A stretch of DNA of 64,000 nucleotides from Nageia nagi (taxonomy: Eukaryota; Plantae; Pinophyta): the NCBI GenBank assembly GCA_050084985.1, contig JBITNC010000001.1, forward strand, positions 9,300,001-9,364,000, read 5' to 3'. The notes under the pieces are model-generated. The model was given only the letters and a program-made list of their open reading frames with translations. It searched no databases and was not told where the DNA came from. Below, piece after piece: positions 53,256-64,000 of this stretch. The number at the start of each line of letters is the position of its first letter. Position 1 is the stretch's first letter. The position numbers were made by a program, and so were the translations under genes.

Positions 53256-54098
53256 TGTAGACACCTAAAAATGTCCCTTTTTAACTAGTAAACATTGGAA
53301 TAATCATAACTCTTTGTGAAAATATAAAATAGGTTTAAAAACCATATTATTGGATAGCTCTCATCAAGTACATGCAAAACTAGTGGTCACATGACCCCTT
53401 TTTGGTAAACATTGACTATTTGGTGGTCATTTTAATATTGTTATAAAAATTGAAAACCAGTCGCTAGCGACCCAAAAAAATCGCCAGTGTTTTGAGATGA
53501 TCGTCGACATCCGCCTAGTAATCGCTGGCGACCCTATAATAGCCGAACAGAAACCAAAAATAATAAAAGAAAGTTATAACATCTCATTCTTCCAAGATGC
53601 TATGAATAGAGGGGGTCGGTTACGACCTACGGTGGCTTTTGACTCCCCCTTACCAGCCTTGGAAAATCTCACCCAAAAATCTATAAATACAAGCCAATAC
53701 AAAGCAATAGGGACCCATTTTTGAAGTAGGGTAATGCTGCCCAAATCTTGTGAGCTCATACCCTTTTATTGTTTTTATATGCTAGTTTCAATTTAATACA
53801 TGTCATACATAGATGCTTTGATGTTATTGTCTTTTGCATGTGTGTAGGATTTACAGGTTGTCCATATCAAGGAGAGAAGCAAGCAAATCAAAAACAATGA
53901 AGATCTAATACTCTCATTTTGGCAAATGGCATTTGTAAAAGTCCCATCCAAGGGCAAATTGTATTTTGAGCTGAAAATCAATATCAATTTATAATTACAA
54001 CATTTCTACCTATTTTACATAATTTGAAGTTCAGTGAAAATATAAGAATAATTGTATTTTATGTTATTCTACATTCCAACTCTATTTTCACTGTAACA
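53256..54098 (+). repeat. 3' LTR of the nested element, preceded by PPT AAAAAGGGGCAAAA (53242-53255)
   Basis: TGTAGACACC...GTAACA, homologous to 41536-42375. Confidence 0.95.
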
Positions 54099-55364
54099 CA
54101 ATTGAAAATTATCTTTTTAGTAAGCTAATTTTAATGCAAGTGTTACTTTTGACTCTTACTAGTTTTCCTAAAGATGTCTTTAGTTAAGCATTTTTAGGTA
54201 AGGCTCAATCTCTAGGGGTGTAGAATGTTGTGCAAGGTGTCATAGGTACCTCTATGACTACTCATCAATAGAGGGGGGCTCCTAATATTGGTGATGAAAT
54301 CCAAGTATCGTTTAGGTCATAGGCATTACTTCCATGTACCCTAGTCATTCCCTAGATATGTGATGGAATTTTAATGTAATAAAGCAAATATGAGATGCAG
54401 TACTATATGATAATGCAATGCAATTACACCTTCCAAATGCTCATAACCCAAGGATGCTAAAATAATAAAGTGTGCCTTTTTCCTTTTGAAATAATAAATA
54501 GTACAAGAGATAGTAATTTCTTTCAATGCACACAATAATAAATAAATCAATCACCAAAACTGAAAGAAATCCCTCTTCAAGAATTTAATTTTAAGCACCA
54601 AATAAGCTTTTCAATGTGTGATGTACCAATCCCCCCAAGATGCAATGCAATTTCACTATGAGAAAGGGGAAAACCTATATGAAATAAGCAACCAAAATAT
54701 ATGAACTAGGTATAAAAAGTAATCCAAAGAAGCACTTGGCCTTAGAATATTCCATCCTAATCTAAGCATGGTGATTGAGAAAGGTTACAACACTCTACCT
54801 CAGGATTGCCCTCTATAGGGATGACCAATGCTAGTCGTTCGAGCGATCAATAGTCATCTGGATGACCACTAGTGCTCGAATTTAAAATTAAAACTTAAAA
54901 TAAATGAAAAATAACCCTATGAAAAGGGTGAATGATGCATCTTATGATAAGGATACCCAAAATAGTAAAAACAAAACCTAACAGTGGACTACTGTCCATA
55001 CTATAGATGAGATCTAGGAATAGAAACTATTAAAATAATAATAGATTTAATATTGTAGTCAAAATTTCCCTTCTATGTGATGCATGTACAAATCATTTAG
55101 ATGAACTTAGGATATCCCTCATGGGGGATGATTTACAATTAGAATTAGTTGGAAGGAGGACAATTTGTTCTATGTTTATAAAGAGCCTTTAAGGTTTTTA
55201 GATCTAGATTTTCCTATGCCTAGTAAGGTACTATGTTAGTTACACCCAAAAATTAGTTCCAGATAAACTTCAAATTGTAAGAAGTATTCAAAATATGAAA
55301 CCACCAACAATAAGGTAACAGGCTTAGGGAATCCTCTTTTTTGTTATGTTTTAGGAGCAACAGG

Positions 55365-55382
55365 GTCCCATCATGATCTCCA
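55365..55382 (-). promoter_or_regulatory. Degenerate PBS of the Tat/Ogre element (most like tRNA-Arg type)
   Basis: Minus strand TGGAGATCATGATGGGAC, 2 nt after the 5' LTR; resembles TGGCGACCACAGTGGGA. tRNA identity is tentative. Confidence 0.5.
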
Positions 55383-55384
55383 TT

Positions 55385-56592
55385 TGTGAACACCTCAAAT
55401 CTTCAACACATCTAATAATTAAACCACTCATGAGTATTCCAAGATTCAAGATATTCAATCCTAAATTTCCTATGTTATGATATAAAAAAATGATACAAAT
55501 TTAGGTTTAGAAAATGGTCCTTAGGCTCCAATGATGCCAATATATAGTCAAATCTAAAAAGGATATCAAGAATCAAAGGGGACCTCAAATCACAAGTCCT
55601 TTGGACCTTGTGATTGTCCAAAATGAGGTAGAACTCCAGCTCTACAAGGTTGTAGATCCCCTTAGTCCATAATCAAATGGATGCTCATAAATATGTAAAT
55701 TCCAAGGATGCAAATGTATGCTAGACTCAATAAATATTGATACTAAATGCTTGAAAAATGATAATTGACAAATGAATATAGTAGATCTATAATAAATTGA
55801 CAAATGATATCCAAGATTTGACAAACACAAATGTATGTTTAAAGATCCAATTAAATGACAATGTATGATAATGTAGATCACAAATTCAAAGCTAATAATA
55901 ATAGATCTAAGCTAATAATGTAATTAAATCAACAAAGATGTGACAACCCTAGGGTTTGCAACCTAAAGGTCAAACCCTAGCCTAAACCCTAGGATGTAAT
56001 TAGCCTAATAAATGTCTATATGTCACTCAAATGCAAGTGTGAATTTAAATAAAAGGATAAAAGCTTTATTTAACAATGGATTGATCTTCAAATCTATATA
56101 TAACAATGAAAGAACACATTAATATCTTAAACAAACCCCAAATGGTCAAAGAGTACCTTAATCCATTTATGATGGAGAAGTGTGCTCAAGGATTGAAGAT
56201 GAATGTTCTTGATTTGATGTATCTTTCATAATGATCTCAAAAAGTTATGGTATAGGCACTAGAAAGTACAAAGCTCATAGAGTCTGTATGTGTCAAAGTG
56301 CAAAAATCAAAGAAGAAGCTTGATATGTATGCTAGTTAAATTTTATAATACTTGGTCAAAATCATCCCAATGACTATGATGTCTGTAGGGTCATTTGTGT
56401 GATTGACAAGTCATTTGGGTGGATGTAACCAAAGGGTGTTAGTAAAATAAAAGGCCTAGACTAAATCAATTAGTCTAATCAAAGGACTTGTAAAATACAA
56501 GTTAGTCCAATATGATAATGTAATACATGAGATATGTCAAAATGTCTATATAACCCTATCAACAAGGCAAGATGCATTTTAGGGTGTTTATA
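55385..56592 (-). repeat. 5' LTR of the Tat/Ogre element
   Basis: About 1.21 kb, homologous to 29256-30444. Confidence 0.93.
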
Positions 56593-56599
56593 GGCTATA

Positions 56600-57062
56600 A
56601 TAATGATGTTTAAAGAGTAAGGAAACTAATGAAAGATATAGGAATTAAGAAGACACTTGGATGTAGTTGGATTAAAGTTGACAAAAGGGTGCATGATTTT
56701 CCTATATGAGATAAATCATACCCATAAATATAAGAGATCTATGGAAAATTGGAGGAATTATCAAGTAAGATGAAGGTAGTAGGGTGTATTCAAAATAAAA
56801 TATTTGTGTTGCACGATTTGAAGGCTAAAAATAAATAATTCATTATCTATAAACATAGAAAAAAGTTGACAATTGCATTAGGGTTGCTAAAGAATCACTT
56901 TAGAACCATTATTAGGGTTGTGAAGAACCTTCAAGTATGAAATGATTGCAATACTACAACCAAGTTTATCCCTAAGATTATTGCAAAGGATATTATTATG
57001 AGGGATGCGAATTGATTTCATTATTTTAAACATGAAGAATATTATTATAGATATTTTAATGA
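56600..57062 (+). pseudogene. PPR-DYW pseudogene, 3' part (E/E+ and DYW deaminase domain)
   Basis: DV*RVRKLMKDIGIKKTLGCSWIKVDKRVHDF..DKSYP..EIYGKLEELSSKMK..FVLHDL..HRKKLTIALGLL..TIIRVVKNLQV*NDCNTTTKFIPKIIAKDIIMRDAN*FHYFK. HSE is changed to HRK and CxxC is lost, so the domain is non-functional. Confidence 0.93.
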
Positions 57063-57278
57063 TGTAAACTAATACAATCTAAATAATCTTGCATAATGAC
57101 ATAGTGCATGCTTTCAAATTTCATTTTATTCTTTTCAAAAAGTGTTGTTAATAAATATTTATACAAATATATAATATTGTTAATTGTTTACATCATATTA
57201 TGCCTATTAAGAATAGAGCTTAATTCATTTACTAAGTGAAACATTTTTGATCTCTATTTTTCAATCAACATGCATAGG

Positions 57279-60200
57279 TGTAACTACCCATCCAATCACA
57301 CTTACTATGAAATGAATACCTTTAGGAATTTGAATATGATTGAGACTATTTGTGTTATGAGATGACTAATTATGAATGGTTATATGCAATATTTGTGTTA
57401 GTTTGATGCTGGATTTGAGGTTGTTGTGATACAGGTTATAGGTTGACTTAGTGTAAGAGTCAGATTAGGGATCCTATGGAACTAAAGATGAGTTGGTTAT
57501 GAGAATAAATTGGTAAGAGTGAGAAAATGATTGGCATTGATTCACTAATAGCCCATAGGGACCTTCTTAAATCAAATAGCTACATATCACAATTATTATG
57601 CATGATATTTGATCCCTGTGATATGTATAATATTCATATAAACACTAACAAAAATTTACCTTGTAGGATAGGTGGTTTTCATAGGTAAAATTATGTGCTA
57701 AAAATTTGATGATCATTAATGAATTGCTTTGGAAAATTAATTGACTATTTTTGAATGTTGCAAGGAATATTTCAGATATTTAAATACAAATTTTTCATCA
57801 AAGAATTTTAGTTTTTACAAATAATAAATTCTAGGATTATGTGAAAAATAAAATTTAGGGATGAGAGACTATTTTGGTATTTTGTAGTAGGTGAAAGGCT
57901 ATTTTGGTATTTTGCAAAAATAATGGAGGGACTATCTCCATACATTTTGGTATTTTATGTTAGGTGTGTAAAATAATTGATAAACCTTTTCCACACATTT
58001 TGGTGCCTAGCATAAGGTGTACAAAATAATTTGTAGGAATTGGGACTTACAAAGGAATTTGTTATAATCCTACTAAAAAAAAAAACCTCCCTATCCCTCA
58101 TGAAGAAATATGTTGAGGTTGAAAAATAACTAAATTTTTAGATAGACTATACCAACCTTTGGTTATAAATACCTAGCATAAACCTTAGAAAAATACATCA
58201 TTCACACACTCCTTCTCTCTTCCCAACCTTGTTATAGAGACATGTGAAGTAAGGAATCTTTATCCTCTTAAGCCCATGTGCTTTTCTAACATTTTAGCCA
58301 CTAGTGCTAGAATGCTTAGTCTAAGCTTTGAGTTTTATTTGACAATTTTTAAGAGTATTTGAAGGATGAATTGCTTACTTAAGAAGTTTGTGATAATAAA
58401 TGACCTTATATTAATTGTACTATGTGAGAACATAATATTTGTAGTTGTTTGATACATTCGCATGTGAATGTATGTATACTTGATCCATACCTATATATAG
58501 GTATCTAGAAAAAAAAAGATTGAACAAATTAAAATTCATGGTTTTGTGAGGAGTTAACAGTTCACGAGTGTCAAAGCTTGAGATAATAAAATAAAAATGA
58601 TATATACATATATATATTTACATTGGGCCACGAGTTGGTACCCACCTTTAGTTTATATATTCGAAAGAACTTGCCGAAAAATGTTTTAGTATAACGAAGT
58701 GCATGAGAGGATATTATCTTCAATAGAGTCTATTCGGACACTTAATCCTTTTGTATTTTGGAATTACCATTACTCATATTATCTCTTTTGAAGCAACTCA
58801 TAGGTTTCCAATTAAGTGGGATTCAAAGCTCTAAAATCTACTCGCTGTGGGCTTGAACACCTACACCATCCCATAAATTAGTGTTACACTTTCCTTTTTG
58901 TGATAAATGAATCGATTTCCTCTGAATAGATAGGTTTTGGGAATGAATACTGTATTAGGAAGTGTAGAAGATTGGCTGCCAAAGTATATTTTCTCCCTCT
59001 CCTGGTCTTGGTATGACGTGATGCTTATTCTCCACCCATTTCTATGTTCTCTCCCTCTCCTAGTCTTTGTATGAGCCTACGCGATGTGGTGTTTAAACTT
59101 GTCTCTTACCTACTCAGGTGAGTGATATACACATCCAAAGTCTCTGAATGGGATTTTGGGTACATTTATCTTGGCCTTTAAGTTAAAAACCCCCAAAAAA
59201 ATTACCTGAGATAAGAAATAATCCCATAATAGCATACTAATGGATTTTGGGTCAAATGTAGAGACAGAGAGATGACATTATCCTCGGTGCAAGTTACATT
59301 CCTGTAAATTTGTCTATTAATAGATGATGTATTATCATGTACCTCATCTCCTAGAATCTAGAGGAGAATGGTAAACAACTCTCTCGGCAACCCATACTTC
59401 TCTAATCGTATGCCAGACTCCAATTGCACAACTTTTCTACGAAAAGATAAGAATTAGGATGGATTAAACATTTTTATCTCCTAGCCTCTTAGGGTATTAG
59501 AAATATGTTCCTATCCTATAGTTAGATCAAAATTATTTAAATAAAGGATTACTAAAGGTTTTAAAAGTAATAATCTTAAGTTTATTTAAATAGATATTTA
59601 TAATAAACTATGTTGAGTTTAAATGATGGATTCATGTTTGTTTAAAGAGAAATAAATGTTTTTGGATAGACAATAATAGAACACGGTTTGTGTATAAATG
59701 TAACTTATAAGAATTAATAGATTTCTAAAATGATAGTTTTACGGGTGAACCATATTGATAAATGAAATTTGTTAATAGCATTATTTCAAAGAACAACCAT
59801 GTTGAAATATTTTATTGATTATTAGTACTATTTGAGGGAGAATCTTGTGGAATAATGAAATTAAATGGTAGTACAACTTTGAGGAAAAACCATGTTAATT
59901 GATTATTTGAACTATTTTGAGGATGGACCTTATGGCATAATAATATATTTGATTGATTAAATAGTATTATTTCCAAGATGATTTGATGTATGTGTAATTA
60001 ATAGATGATATGACTAAGTTGTGAAACTTTACCCTACGACCAAGGAAGGGAGGTAGTTCTTGTAAGAACATAAAACCTCCTAAGGTCAACGAATGGGGTA
60101 TTAATTGTTGATTGTCAACTAATTGTATGTGAAGAAATGAGTTGTGATGCATCTAGGGTAGGATACATTTTTATCATAAAAAGAGTTTTTGTGGTCCACA

Positions 60201-62339
60201 AATACTCTAAACCCTTTCTTAGTATCTATATCCAATGAATCTTGGACTCTTGGGATGAATGCAAAAGATGAAGATGGCAAGAAGCTACACCAAAAGGAAA
60301 AAGATGTAATGAAGACATCTTATAATATATCGTGATAAAGCTATTATGTAAACGCCCTATTTTGATTGTAAGGGAACCCATATGTAATTAAATGTCTCAT
60401 ACACTATGATGTACAAATTAGGGTTACCCTAATTTCAAGATGTATTGTTATCATCATGAAACACACTAGGGTATAGAATAAAGTTATTACGCATTGTAAT
60501 ATATATTCAATTGTAAACAAATATTATTATGTACTCATATATATACCAAGCCTTTGTACCCATGTTACATTTGTAAGATATTTCTTAAAATATGAGATCC
60601 AAGTTTGATTTGTTTCATCCTATGTTATGCTCTTAAATGTACCTAACTAATTTATGAGATTATAAATGATTTCATGGGAAGTTAAATAAACAATGGGACA
60701 AGAACCCAAATATGCTCATATGAAGATAGTTACTTGATAACACATAGTAAATATTACATTATGTTCCCTAACCTAATATGATTACGATGAAATATGGAAC
60801 CTTTTTATGACATATGGATAGTTTGACATTTAAAGGGAAACTCTCTTGTGATAATTAATAAAAGGTATGAGGATAGAAATAATAAATATCTCATTATACA
60901 ATAAACATTAAGATAAATAAATGATAGTGTTGTAAGTAATAAAATATACAAAGGCATGAGTTACTTAGAATGATAATGTTGGGTACTTAGCTTAAGCTTA
61001 GATAAAACATTAAGGTTTTAGGTGATTTTCATTAAACCCTAAATAAGGAACTAAACCCTAGAAGGAGAATAAAAGTTAATGACATTCAAACCAATATTAG
61101 AATTTGATCAAAGGATATGATGAGCATACAAAACAAATTAGTAGTTAAGAATTATGGTTGACAAATGATTAGGAAATTGATATAGAAAGCAAGCTTAGTC
61201 AAGCCCTTGTTGTAAGTTTGCAGACAATAACCAAAATATATTCCCTAAGTATGTTATACTCTACATTGCACTACTTATTAGAAGTAGTCACTTTTAGCAA
61301 TATCTCAAGGCTTTTTATTATCTTCTGGTATGTGATGTACTTTTAAAGTATTATTCTTTTACATTACATCATGCATATGGGATAATTATAGTAAAGTACT
61401 ATTGAATATTCTTTGGTGGCTTCATGAACAATCTTGTTTGAAACTTCTTGTACATGATTGATGAATTTAATTTTTTTTTTATCAAACATGCTTATTAATG
61501 TGAAAAGTGGTTTTCTTACATTAATTAGATTGTAAGAACATCCTACTAATTGATTCAAGCATGAAACCTAGAAAACATAATAATTGGTCCATGATCAATT
61601 ATTTCTAGGGACGTTAGTGTGGAGATGGATTCACTTTATAATTTTGATGTAAAATTTATTATACTATACAAACCACTCAAGGGTATTATCCTAATACCCA
61701 TGGCTCCCCAAGATAAGGCACGAGGATGCCAGACATCATAATAAGCCTAGTTTATAGATATGGATAGGCTAGTGTCTCATATCCTTAACATGTTGTTCGA
61801 ATGAGGGTAAAATTGATAAAATTGTAGTTACCAAGTGAAGGTAACTAGTAGTCATACTACATGCAGTATAGAAAATAGGAGTATAATGCTATTCCATAGG
61901 TGATGATGCTTACCCATTTCATATGGAGGATTTTCTAGGACAATCTATCTACATCTATGAATCAGAGGGTTACCATCAAGAAAGATTCATAACCTTGTGG
62001 ACAAGCATTCTCTTGGGTGATATGGGTTCTGAGTAGAAAATCACTATACTATGACTAGAATGTCTACTGCACAGTTCATGAATAGAAATGATGATGGCAT
62101 CTTCCAAGGGGTGAGTGTTAAGAAGAGAACACAAAAAGGATTTTGATCAAGGTTGGTTAATCCAGATTTAATCATGTTGCCATGTGGATGCTGACTAGCT
62201 AACAACATTGACATGCTCATATGGATCACCTTGTCCATTCCTAGACCATTCGAGTATTTAAATTAATATAAAAATAATATATATATATATATATATTAAT
62301 TTAGGATTTTGTGAAGTTAAGAATAGGTTAAGTGTTACA
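57279..62339 (+). repeat. Putative ~5-kb 5' LTR
   Basis: TGTAAC...GTTACA terminal inverted match; TATAAATA at about 58164; short U3-like repeats (ATTTTGGTATTTT x3 at 57870-57956). The second LTR is not in the window, and internal insertions cannot be excluded. Confidence 0.45.
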
Positions 62340-62341
62340 TT

Positions 62342-62353
62342 TGGTATCAAAGT
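62342..62353 (+). promoter_or_regulatory. Primer-binding site (tRNA-iMet)
   Basis: TGGTATCAAAGT vs TGGTATCAGAGC. Confidence 0.8.
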
Positions 62354-62849
62354 GTCAAGTTCAAACTCTTAGGCCTATGGTCTATGAATCTTTTGCTATA
62401 ATGGTTTATAAAGTCAAGATGAGTATGCTTGAGCCTAATTACAACACCATTTTATAAAATTAGATTATGGAAATCACAAGATGCATAACAAGAGCTTTTG
62501 GAAACTTGCAACAAGGTGTAGGGAATGGTCTCCTTATGAATACTAATGTAAGGGAAAATTAAAAAAATGTTAGAGGTCAAAATATAAGGAATATAATAAT
62601 GAGGAATACCAATAGAAGGTAACCTAATAATAATTAAAATGAGAGTTTCACAAGTTGTTCCACTAGGAACAATGAAGGCGAAGAAGCCATTAGAAGGTTA
62701 CAAGAGTAGGAGGAAGAACAACAAGAGATTATAAATAATATGATAAATCAAAAGGATAAAACTCCATAAGAAGAATCCATTCTAGAAAAAGCAAGTCTTG
62801 AAGGGAAAAATGATCAAATCTAGGCAAGGATCGAAAAGGAGCTTGCTTT

Positions 62850-63450
62850 AGATCTCAAGAAATCCTAGATCCCAAAGTTTAATGGTAAGAAGGAAGTTGA
62901 GTAAGCTGAAATATGGTTATAAGAAACAAAGACATATTTCTCTATGAAGAACTTATCTATGAAAATTGAAACTATGTTGGCTACCTACAAATTTCAGGAC
63001 ATTGCATTGGAATGGTGGAATGCCTAAAAGGTTGAGCAAGGGATCTAGTATTTAAGTGGTCAAAATTTTTTATAGCATTCCACAAAAGATTCATTACTAG
63101 AATATATTATGATAGGAAGTATGAGGAATACTAAACCTTGCAATAAGGAGCCATGAGTGTCCAAAGTTACCATCATAAAATTTTCAAGTTGCTTAAATAT
63201 GTTCCTGAAGATAAAAATCATATGAAGGTTCATAGGTTTATTGTCAAGCTAGACCCTAAGATCAAGAATTTGGTGAATGTATTAAGCCCCAAAATGCTTG
63301 AAGAAGTGTATGACCTTACAAAGAGAGAAAAGGAAAATTTAGGCATCAAGAAAACCTTCGTAAACTATAATATTTTGGATGAAAAAGATAAAGAAATATA
63401 TTGAAAGAGTAAAATTGTAGGATTCATGAAATGGGAACAAGAACATCAAG
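62850..63450 (+). pseudogene. Retrotransposon gag core, disrupted
   Basis: IPKFNGKKEVE*AEIWL..MLATYKFQDIALEWW..MSVQSYHHKIFKLLKYVPE..KVHRFIVKLDPKIK. Confidence 0.8.
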
Positions 63451-64000
63451 CACAATAACCAAGAAACAAGAAGATCAAGGATAATAATCATGGTCATAAA
63501 TATGGTAATACATCCAAGTTTGAGGAAAGGCCTTTTGAAAACAAAAATAAGAAGAAGAATTTTCAAAGGAAAAATCAACAGTTTTGTAAACAAAATTACA
63601 ACCATAGTAATGGAAGCCAAGGTTCTAAGAACCATAGCCAAAGATTTTTAGATAAAAGTATAGACTAAAACTAATGCATGAATAATAAATCAACACACTA
63701 TTTTTATACAATATATTATTGAAGAATATATAAGAAATATGGAATCAAACAAAGATGATAAACAATGTACCTTTGCCTAGCTTGCATCCAAATGAAATAA
63801 TAGAGATAATATATTAATCACCAAAGCACACCATAAGAAACAAATACCACCAATGACCTAAAATCATTCCATTAGCTGCATGGAAGAATCATATCCATAA
63901 GCATAAATAAAGATGCATGAAAGAAAGGTGAAGGATTTAATAGATCTATGTAGAGGCAGTGTTACAAAACACTATTGTTGGTTGGATAGAATAATATATC

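Larger units (their letters stand above)
41536..54098 (+). mobile_element. Non-autonomous Gag+protease-only LTR retrotransposon (TR-GAG-like, Tat/Ogre-related), 12.56 kb, nested in the host leader in opposite orientation
   Basis: TG...CA LTRs 41536-42375 and 53256-54098; TSD CAACT (41531-41535)/CAATT (54099-54103); PBS and PPT present. No RT, RH or INT motifs recognised between 48286 and 53255. Confidence 0.9.
29256..56592 (-). mobile_element. Ty3/gypsy Tat/Ogre-lineage LTR retrotransposon (about 14.8 kb of own sequence plus a nested element), degenerate
   Basis: LTRs 29256-30444 and 55385-56592; perfect TSD GGCTA (29251-29255, 56593-56597); minus-strand PPT and PBS; order gag-PR-RT-RH-aRH-INT. 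Confidence 0.95.
57279..64000 (+). mobile_element. Ty3/gypsy element, Tekay/Del-like, 5' part (runs off the window)
   Basis: LTR end ...AAGTGTTACA at 62339, iMet-type PBS, then decayed gag. LTR start at TGTAACTACCC (57279) is inferred. Confidence 0.65.

Noticed and set aside
41536-54098. Retrozyme (hammerhead-containing non-autonomous element)
   Set aside because: No CTGANGA...GAAA hammerhead core seen in the LTRs, and the element is large and Gag-coding.
55945-55995. Telomere-like CCCTAAA/AACCCTAG motifs
   Set aside because: Scattered single motifs within LTRs (telo-box-like), not a telomeric array.
60347-60365. TGTAAACGCCCTATTTT as the start of another Tat-type LTR
   Set aside because: No matching end, TSD, PBS or PPT found.

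Overview
Eukaryotic plant nuclear DNA, AT-rich and CpG-depleted. It is probably a gymnosperm/conifer, inferred from the transposon (TE) landscape and the PPR motif style. There is one intact host gene: coatomer delta subunit (delta-COP), + strand, 10 coding exons at 5028-8433. Its ATG exon was not located, and it has one U12-type intron. The rest is mostly decayed mobile DNA: a modular hairpin-repeat array, an RTE-type LINE fragment, a near-full-length L1 LINE (about 12170-17932), a Ty1/copia element (18013-24375), a CACTA terminus (27746) and the start of a Tekay-like gypsy element (57279 onward). The centre is a nested structure verifiable by target-site duplications (TSDs). A PLS-class PPR-DYW pseudogene (28081-28551 + 56600-57062) is split by a solo LTR (TSD ATAAT). 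That LTR is split by a minus-strand Tat/Ogre element (29256-56592, TSD GGCTA). That element is split by a younger 12.6-kb LTR element (41536-54098, TSD CAACT/CAATT). The innermost element is the most unusual object here. It encodes an extended Gag plus protease but no RT, RNase H or integrase. It shares LTR termini, PPT and Gag lineage with its host but has a different primer-binding site. It also carries conserved 36-nt leader motifs, a tandem double-hairpin motif and four diverged copies of an unrecognised, apparently protein-coding module. All alignments and identity estimates were made by eye; no searches were run.
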